Shown here piece after piece: positions 57,537 through 64,000 of a DNA stretch of 64,000 bases. How positions within the stretch are numbered: the first letter of the stretch is position 1; each line of letters starts with the position of its first letter. The stretch covers positions 1-64,000 of the forward strand of contig JAYZFK010000093.1 in NCBI GenBank assembly GCA_036336835.1, read 5' to 3'. Source of the DNA: Myxococcota bacterium (GTDB lineage: Bacteria; Myxococcota_A; UBA9160; UBA4427). The translations under genes were made by a program, and so were the position numbers. The notes under the pieces were generated by a model that searched no databases, was not told the origin of the DNA, and saw only the letters and a program-made list of their open reading frames with translations.

Positions 57537-60005
57537 CTAGATCTCGCCGCGCAGGCGTGCCAGCTGGTGGCGCGCGGCGGCTTCGTCGGAGAAGGACTCG
57601 CCCTGTTCGAGCGCGAGTGCGAAGGCTTGCTCCGCCTCGATCAAGCGCTCGAGCTTCGTGAGCGCCAGTCCGAGGTGGTACTGGATCGTGGCCTGGGGAA
57701 GTCCTCGCTTTTCCGCGATCTTCAGGGCGCTCCGGAACTGCTCGGCGGCCCGGTCATCGTCCCCGAGCTCGAGCATGACGAAGCCGAGCGTGTCGATCAC
57801 CCCAGGCTCGTCTGGGAGCGACTGGACGGCCTGGCGGGCGAGCAGCTGCGCGCGCTTGAGGTCGCGGTGCTGCTTGGCGAGCAGGAACGCAAGGTCATTC
57901 TTCAGGATCGGAAGCTCGAGCCCGCCATTCAGCGCCTGCTCGTACGACCAGCGCGCCATCATGCCGTTGCCAGCGCGATGGTACAGACGGCCCAGCAACG
58001 CGTGATGCGACGCGGGAAGCTCGTGGCCGGGCCCCTTGCTGGTGAGCACCTTGATGGCGGTGATCGCGTCGTCCCGGGTCGGGTAGAGCCACAGCGCGAA
58101 CTCGAGGACGCCCGGCGTCGTCGGCTCGTCGTCGAGGATTCCGAGCACCCGCTCTCGGGCGGCGTCGAGCTCGTTCTCGGCGGCATCGAGCCTCGCGAGC
58201 AGCAGAGCGAGCGATCCTCGTGGAACGCCGGTTCCGATCGCAAGCGCGTGAGATGCCTCGATTGGTTCTCTCGCAAGCCCAGGCGAGCCCGCTGCGATCT
58301 CGAACTCGGCGAGGGCTTCGAGGACACCGGGGTGGTTGGGTCTGGGCTCGAGTAGCTTTGCGAACGCGCTGCGCAGCCGTTCGCGCTGCTCGGGCGCACT
58401 CCCCTCGCGCACGTAGAGCTCGTGCACGGCGGCCTCGGGCGGTGCCGGGGAGTCGACCAGACGCTCGAGCATCCGGATGCCGATGGCTCGACCCCCGGTT
58501 TCGATGTAGCAGTGTGCGAGCAGCGCGCGGTCGGCAGGACGCAGCGCTGCCGCGCGGGAGAGCGTACGGTAGGCACTGCGCGCCTCGCGACAACGGCCGA
58601 GCTCGTAGAGCAAGCGCGCACGCGCACGCAGGCTGCGGGTGTCGAGATGCGTTGTCAGTTTGGCTGCGCGTTCGAGCGCGGCGAGCGCCTCGGCGGAATC
58701 GCCCAGCGCGGAATACACGTCACTGAGCAGAAGCTGCGCGCCGACTTCCTGGTGCGCCCAGTCCAGCTCGGCGAGCCGTTCGAGGGCCGTTTCCGGCCGG
58801 CCGGTATGCATCAGTGCCCAGGCGACCATGATGCGAGTCTGCCGCGCCTCCGGGTGTTGATTCTCGAGCTGCTCGATCGTCCCGAGCGCGGCTTGCAGCC
58901 GGCTGGCACCCAGCTGAATCCTTGCGATCTCGGCCAGCAGCGCCGCGTCATCGAACCCCTTGCCGATCTTCGAGGTCAGGTACGCGATTGCGTTAACGGG
59001 TCGTTCGACGCGCCCGGTTCGCCGCGCGTAGTGGATATGCGGCTCCGTCTCCTCCGGCAGGGTTGCGATGAGCCGCAGGTAGATCCCGCGCGACGGCACA
59101 CCCTGGTGCTCGCTCAGCTCGGCGAGTGCTGTCCAGGCCGAATAGTTGCGCGGTGCGATCTCGACCTTGCGCTCGAGGGCCCAGCGCTCGAGTTCGGGGT
59201 TCCCGGTCGTGCGAGCGAACTCGATGGCCAGGTTGAGTACCCGGTCTTCCTGGCCCGTCAGGTTGAGTCCGGCCAGCTGTTCGCTCGCTTCCCGCAGGGC
59301 GCTCTCGGCCTCCTCCTGGTGACCCGGCCAGGCGGCGAGCAGGCGAGCGTGCTCGACCCCTGCTTGCCAGCGCCGCGTTGGGTCGAGCTCTCCGAAACGG
59401 GTGATCGCGGCCTGCGCAGCGCGGAACGTCTCATCGTCGGTCGATTCTCCGAGTAGCGTGCGCTCACGGCTGTGCGCCTCATAGACTCGAGCCAGGTGCC
59501 AATGCGCGTCCGGCAGCGCCGGCTCCAGCTCGACGGCACGGCGCGCGGCCGCCAGCGCCGCAGCGACGTCGAAGGCGACCAGCGCCTGCTCGGCCCGCCC
59601 GATCTGGCCCCAAGCGCTGTCGGGGTTGCGCGCGAGCACTTCCGACAGCAGCGCCTCCGCCTGGTCCGGGTCGTCGCCCAGGAGTAGCAGTGCCAGTGCA
59701 ACGGCTGTGCTCTCTCGCGCTGGATCGATTCGGTACGCCTCACCGAGGTAGAACCGCGCACTCGCCGCGTCGTCGATCGCGAGCAGCACGCCAGCGATCT
59801 GCTCCGGGTAGTCTGCGTTGTCGGACGCGTGCCGCAGCGCGCCGTTGAGCTCGATCAACGCGGCCTCGATGCGGCCCGCCTCGAGATGGTGGCGAGCCTG
59901 CTCGGCGTGCCGGCTGGCGCGGGTCTCCCCATCGAGGCAAGCCACGAGCAGCCCGCAGGTCAGCAAGACCCGGGCCGCGTCGGGGATCATTCGACCTGTC
60001 GTCAT
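57537..60005 (-). CDS. large TPR lipoprotein, PrsT-like
   Basis: Lipobox LVAC; tandem TPRs; C-terminal NDLAFLL...DTLGFV...YHLGLAL...F..EAAAR pattern. Confidence 0.82.
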   Translation of the reverse strand: MTTGRMIPDAARVLLTCGLLVACLDGETRASRHAEQARHHLEAGRIEAALIELNGALRHASDNADYPEQIAGVLLAIDDAASARFYLGEAYRIDPARESTAVALALLLLGDDPDQAEALLSEVLARNPDSAWGQIGRAEQALVAFDVAAALAAARRAVELEPALPDAHWHLARVYEAHSRERTLLGESTDDETFRAAQAAITRFGELDPTRRWQAGVEHARLLAAWPGHQEEAESALREASEQLAGLNLTGQEDRVLNLAIEFARTTGNPELERWALERKVEIAPRNYSAWTALAELSEHQGVPSRGIYLRLIATLPEETEPHIHYARRTGRVERPVNAIAYLTSKIGKGFDDAALLAEIARIQLGASRLQAALGTIEQLENQHPEARQTRIMVAWALMHTGRPETALERLAELDWAHQEVGAQLLLSDVYSALGDSAEALAALERAAKLTTHLDTRSLRARARLLYELGRCREARSAYRTLSRAAALRPADRALLAHCYIETGGRAIGIRMLERLVDSPAPPEAAVHELYVREGSAPEQRERLRSAFAKLLEPRPNHPGVLEALAEFEIAAGSPGLAREPIEASHALAIGTGVPRGSLALLLARLDAAENELDAARERVLGILDDEPTTPGVLEFALWLYPTRDDAITAIKVLTSKGPGHELPASHHALLGRLYHRAGNGMMARWSYEQALNGGLELPILKNDLAFLLAKQHRDLKRAQLLARQAVQSLPDEPGVIDTLGFVMLELGDDDRAAEQFRSALKIAEKRGLPQATIQYHLGLALTKLERLIEAEQAFALALEQGESFSDEAAARHQLARLRGEI

Positions 60006-60029
60006 TGGCTTCCCGCCCCGGTGTCGAGA

Positions 60030-62444
60030 CTAGGGTTGCTCGAGCCGAGCGAGTTCGGCGACGGCGGCATCGGACTCGGGGAATGCATCGGCAGCGACGG
60101 CCTTGCGCAGCACCTCGATCGCCTCACTCGTCTTGCCCTGCTGGGCGAGCGCGAGGCCGAGGTGATACTGCAACGACGGGCTCTCTCCCGCGGCATTGAT
60201 GGCGCGTACGAATGTCTGCTCGGCCTGGTCGGCATCGCCGCGTTTGAGGCGGACCCAGCCAAGCGTGTCGAGCGTTGCCCCGTTCGTGGACACTCGGACG
60301 GCGCGGCGGGCAAGCTCGAGCGCGCGCTCGAGATCGCCACCGGTGTCCACCAGCAGCCATGCCAGGTCGTTGCAGGCGCCGGCGTGGGCCGGCTCGGTCT
60401 CGACTGTCTCGCGGAGTCGCGCCATGGCGCCGTCGCGGTCACCGGTCGCAAGTAAAACCTGTGCCCCGCGGTAGAGGTACTCGCCGATCGATGGATCGAG
60501 CTTTGCGGCGGCATCGAAGTGGCTGAGTGCTCCGGCGTAGTCTCCCCTCGACATCGCGACCAGGCCGAGGCCTTCCTGCGGGGCGGCTGCCTCGGGAGCG
60601 AGCGCCGCAGCTTGCTCGAACTCGGTCGCAGCGTCGTCGATGCGGGAAAGCTGCAGCAGGACGCGGCCGACCAGATCGTGCGCCAGAGCGTCGTCCGGTG
60701 CGCTGGCCAGATTGACCCGCGCGCGGGCCAGCGCGTCTTCAGTGCGGCCTGCCTCGCTGAGCAAGCCCACGAGCACGCGCTGCACCTCGGCGGAGGCCAC
60801 CGCTTCGGGGTGCTCGGCGCCGGCGAGCTCGATGGCTTCGACCGCTTGCTCGGCACCGTGGGCCTGACCGGCGGCGCTGGCCAGCTCGGCCAGGGCGGTC
60901 GCCTCGTGTCCGGGCTGGCTCATCAGCTGTTGGAGCGCGCTGGCCGCGCTCTCATGGTCGGCCTGGGCCGTCGCGGAGCGTGCGACGAGGACGTGTCCGG
61001 CGGCTCCCGAGAACGGCCGCTTGTTGATGTGAGTCCTGGCAAAGTCCAGTGCTGCGCGGTATTCGGCGCGTGCGTAGTGGATTTCTGCAAGCCGCAGCGC
61101 GGCATCCGTGCGCCCGGGGTCATTGCGGATCGCTTCGCGGTACTCCGCCATCGCGCGCGGCTGGTCATCCAGCTGCTCCGCGGCGACGCCTGTCAGATAC
61201 CGCGCGCTCGCGTTGTTGGGCCAACGGCGCAGGCCCGACTCGAAGTATTCGAGTGCGCCCTTCGGGTCGTTCTCCTTCAGCGCGATGGCTCCGCGAAGCA
61301 GCTGGCTGTACGCCGGCTCGTCCAGCTCGCCCGCAATCTGTCGGGCGCCGTCGAGATCACCACTCTCGATATACAGATCGGCGAGCTCGTAGCGAAGCGG
61401 GGAGGTGTCTCCGGGTGTTCGCTCGATCGCCTGCTCGAGTGCCTCCCGCGCCGACGCGATCTCACCCGAGTTGCGCCGGAAGGTGGCCATTGCGCGCCAT
61501 GCCGAGGCCGAGTCGAACAGTTCCACCATCTCTGCGAGGACGGCCTCGGCTTCGTCGGTGCGTTCATCCAGACGAAGCAGCTCGGCGAGCCGAACGCGTA
61601 GCGCTCCGTCCTCGGGCTCTTCGTCGACCGCTGCGCGCCACATCTCGACGGCGCTGGCGAACTCGCGCTGGTCCACGAAGTGATCGGTCGCTTGCTTGCG
61701 TACTACGGCATCCGCCGGATAGCGCTCGACGCACGTCCGGAACGTCTCGCTGGCCCGGCTGGGGCGGTCGGTCCTCGCGAGCAACACACCGCGCGCCACG
61801 CACGCGCGCGCGGCTTGATTTTGATCTCCGGCCTCGCTGGCGATCTCCTCGACCTCGAGCTGGACGGCTTCGGCCTCGTCGAGACGATCGAGGTCGGCCA
61901 ATGCAGCCGAACGCAGGATCATCGCACGCGGGTCGCTGGGGTTGAGCGCGCGCAGGCGGTCCGCGTCGTCGAGGGCGGCTTCGGGCATGGCTCCTGAGAT
62001 GTTGGCGTTGGCTCGACCCCACAGGGCCATCTCGTTGTCGGGGTTGGTTGCCAGCACCCGATCGGCGACCCGCACGGCCTCCTCGTAGTCCTGCGTGTTG
62101 AGCAGGGCGTTGATCAACAAGATCCCGGCCGCCAGTCCGTGCGCCTCCGAGTCGAGGGCCTTCTGGAGCGGCCAGATCGAGAGACTCTGTCGTCCCGTAC
62201 GGACCAGCGCGAGGCCGAGGCGGAAGTTCACCTCGGGGTGCGAGGAATTGGTGGTGACGAGTCCGCGCAGCGGCTCGATCGACGCCTCGAACTCACCGGC
62301 CTCCTGCAGCGACCGGATCTCGGCCAGGCGAGACTCGACGTCGCCCTGGCAGGCGACCGACGCTGCGAGGACCAGGCTGAGAAGCACCGTCAGCCACTGA
62401 GGCTTGCTGGCTCGAAGGCAGGATGCGGAGCGGCCCGGATACAT
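60030..62444 (-). CDS. large TPR lipoprotein, PrsT-like
   Basis: Lipobox SVAC; tandem TPRs; C-terminal NDLAWLL...DTLGWV...YHLGLAL...FPE pattern; GGAGG SD before ATG 62444. Confidence 0.85.
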   Translation of the reverse strand: MYPGRSASCLRASKPQWLTVLLSLVLAASVACQGDVESRLAEIRSLQEAGEFEASIEPLRGLVTTNSSHPEVNFRLGLALVRTGRQSLSIWPLQKALDSEAHGLAAGILLINALLNTQDYEEAVRVADRVLATNPDNEMALWGRANANISGAMPEAALDDADRLRALNPSDPRAMILRSAALADLDRLDEAEAVQLEVEEIASEAGDQNQAARACVARGVLLARTDRPSRASETFRTCVERYPADAVVRKQATDHFVDQREFASAVEMWRAAVDEEPEDGALRVRLAELLRLDERTDEAEAVLAEMVELFDSASAWRAMATFRRNSGEIASAREALEQAIERTPGDTSPLRYELADLYIESGDLDGARQIAGELDEPAYSQLLRGAIALKENDPKGALEYFESGLRRWPNNASARYLTGVAAEQLDDQPRAMAEYREAIRNDPGRTDAALRLAEIHYARAEYRAALDFARTHINKRPFSGAAGHVLVARSATAQADHESAASALQQLMSQPGHEATALAELASAAGQAHGAEQAVEAIELAGAEHPEAVASAEVQRVLVGLLSEAGRTEDALARARVNLASAPDDALAHDLVGRVLLQLSRIDDAATEFEQAAALAPEAAAPQEGLGLVAMSRGDYAGALSHFDAAAKLDPSIGEYLYRGAQVLLATGDRDGAMARLRETVETEPAHAGACNDLAWLLVDTGGDLERALELARRAVRVSTNGATLDTLGWVRLKRGDADQAEQTFVRAINAAGESPSLQYHLGLALAQQGKTSEAIEVLRKAVAADAFPESDAAVAELARLEQP

Positions 62445-62744
62445 GGCGCGAGGGACCTCCATTGGGGGGCGAAAGGCCGCCGATCCTAGTGCGAATCTGT
62501 GGCGCTTCCAAGCGTTCACAGGGTGTCTCTCCGGCGGCCCGGTCGATCTCCGCGCAGCCCGAGAAGGTGAAGACTTCCGGCAAGATAGGAACCGCGGCCG
62601 GTCGCCTCCGGGCTGACGAGCACGCGGCCTCGAGGAAGCGATCGTGACGAGTGGAACAAGATTTCCTAATATCGCGAGACCTTTTCCTCGGCGCCTCTCG
62701 GAAGCTAGCGGAACGAGTCCGGAACATGCCAGAAAGCTCTGTTT

Positions 62745-62799
62745 TTTCAACTGGTTGAGCGACCGGGTGCCTGCGGTGAGAGCTGGCATCTAGTTTGCA
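62745..62799 (+). promoter_or_regulatory. sigma-54 (-24/-12) promoter with upstream IHF-like site
   Basis: TGGCATCTAGTTTGCA at 62784-62799 (GG-N10-GC); TTTCAACTGGTTG at 62745-62757 is one mismatch from WATCAANNNNTTR. Confidence 0.75.
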
Positions 62800-62880
62800 C
62801 TTCTCTCGACTGATCGTCCGCGCGCGGCGTGGCCACCGTCGCCACCTGCCGCGGACCACAAACATAGGATGCTGATAGAC

Positions 62881-63789
62881 ATGCGATTACTCGTTGTATT
62901 AGTAGCCAGTGCGGCTCTGTTGGTTTCTTCGGTCGCCAACGCGCACATCTTCGATCCCAAGGGAAGCTTCTTCGAGGTCCGGATTGGTGGGGGCGGCGGC
63001 CGCAACCAGGTTGCTGGTGGCGCTTCTGCCGGCGGCAACGCGTCGCTGACAGGCGGCGCGGGTGCCGAGATCATCGTGACCCTGGCCAAGGGCATGGGGA
63101 AGCCGAACCTCTTCCAGGCCGAGGGTCGGGAGCAGGGGACCCAGTTCCTCACCGGCACGCCGACGATCTTGAACCTGTTCTTCACGCTCCAGTACGGAGC
63201 CGCGACGTTCACCCACGGCGTGGGCAAGGGCACCTTCCAGGGCGATGTGGTCTGCACGACCGCGTGCTTCGGTGGCGCGGGTACCCTCCTCGGTCAGGTG
63301 CTCGTCGATGTCGGTATCCCGGTTGCGGTTCCGGTGAGCAATATCGGAGTTGGCGGCAAGGTGACGGTGGCATTGGCCCTGTCCTCGATCGCCAATGAGG
63401 GCGCTCAGTGGTTCACCGGTACCCAGACGATGACGAATGTGGCCACGAACCACATCATGATCACGAACGGGACGCGCGCTGGTGTCACGGGCATCGGCTT
63501 TACGCTGTTGGCGAGCGTTAACGAGAACGTCCTGATCCTTGCCGAGAACGGCGTGACGGTCGTGACGGTGGCAGGAACGACCGGCTTCGCGACGGGTACG
63601 TCCGGCGTGCAACAGGTGACGTTGGTCTCACCGGTGCACATCAACGCCTCCACGGTGACCGGCAACCCGCCGCTCCCGGGCGCCGGCGTCATGATTCTCA
63701 AGTACGTCCCCGAGCCCGGCACGCTGCTGTTGCTCGGTTCGGCGGTTGCCGGCCTGCTGGTCGTCGGCCGCAAGCGGATGAAGCGCTGA
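62881..63789 (+). CDS. PEP-CTERM surface protein, Gly/Thr/Val-rich
   Basis: Signal peptide (..SSVANA), C-terminal VPEPGTLLLLGSAVAGLLVVGRKRMKR; alternative ATG at 62869. Confidence 0.93.
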   Translation: MRLLVVLVASAALLVSSVANAHIFDPKGSFFEVRIGGGGGRNQVAGGASAGGNASLTGGAGAEIIVTLAKGMGKPNLFQAEGREQGTQFLTGTPTILNLFFTLQYGAATFTHGVGKGTFQGDVVCTTACFGGAGTLLGQVLVDVGIPVAVPVSNIGVGGKVTVALALSSIANEGAQWFTGTQTMTNVATNHIMITNGTRAGVTGIGFTLLASVNENVLILAENGVTVVTVAGTTGFATGTSGVQQVTLVSPVHINASTVTGNPPLPGAGVMILKYVPEPGTLLLLGSAVAGLLVVGRKRMKR

Positions 63790-63824
63790 GTCATCTGACC
63801 TAGCGCTGCATCTGCGGCATCTTC

Positions 63825-63856
63825 GGGCGGCCACCTTCGGGTGGCCGCCCTTTTTT
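63825..63856 (+). terminator. rho-independent terminator
   Basis: GGGCGGCCACC-TTCG-GGTGGCCGCCC (11-bp stem, UUCG loop) followed by TTTTTT. Confidence 0.95.
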
Positions 63857-63887
63857 GTGCCGTGCCGCGAGCGGCGGAGTCACCAGC

Positions 63888-64000
63888 ATGAGCGCTACCC
63901 CGAAGGGATGGCTCTTCGGACCCGGGTCGGACCTGCTGCTCGGCTGCGGCGGTGCGTATCTGCTGATTGCGGCGGTCCATCTCACGCTCGGCGAGGCGGT
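63888..64000 (+). CDS. membrane protein, N-terminal fragment (runs off window)
   Basis: GGAG SD, then MSATPKGWLFGPGSDLLLGCGGAYLLIAAVHLTLGEA; hydrophobic and open to the window end. Confidence 0.65.
   Translation, partial: MSATPKGWLFGPGSDLLLGCGGAYLLIAAVHLTLGEA

Overview
GC-rich bacterial chromosomal segment. Gene content (PEP-CTERM proteins, topoisomerase VI, long-form HflX, phasin-like protein, many sulfatase-like lipoproteins) suggests Myxococcota or a related deltaproteobacterial lineage; this is inference. The left ~38 kb is mostly housekeeping and metabolic genes: rfbC/rfbA, archaeal-type topoisomerase VI A and B (both with Lys/Arg/Ala-rich N-tails), comM, two P450s, folC, mutS2, murQ, gcdH, fabH, hflX (apparent ATC start), glmU, glmS and pcrA. 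The right ~25 kb (38.9-63.9 kb) is the most interesting part: a putative protein-glycosylation and glycan-decoration island. It holds up to five GT-C-type membrane transferases, including an AglB/STT3-like enzyme with HANLG in place of WWDYG and a TMTC-like enzyme. It also has a split-transketolase / SDR-GT2 fusion / methyltransferase sugar module, an acyltransferase-3, Thr-type sulfatase-like lipoproteins, two PrsT-like TPR lipoproteins and a sigma-54-type PEP-CTERM protein with three N-X-S/T sequons. Several intergenic palindrome arrays and two candidate structured RNAs were noted. No rRNA, tRNA, CRISPR array or transposase was recognised. All family calls come from motif recognition by eye; no database searches were run.
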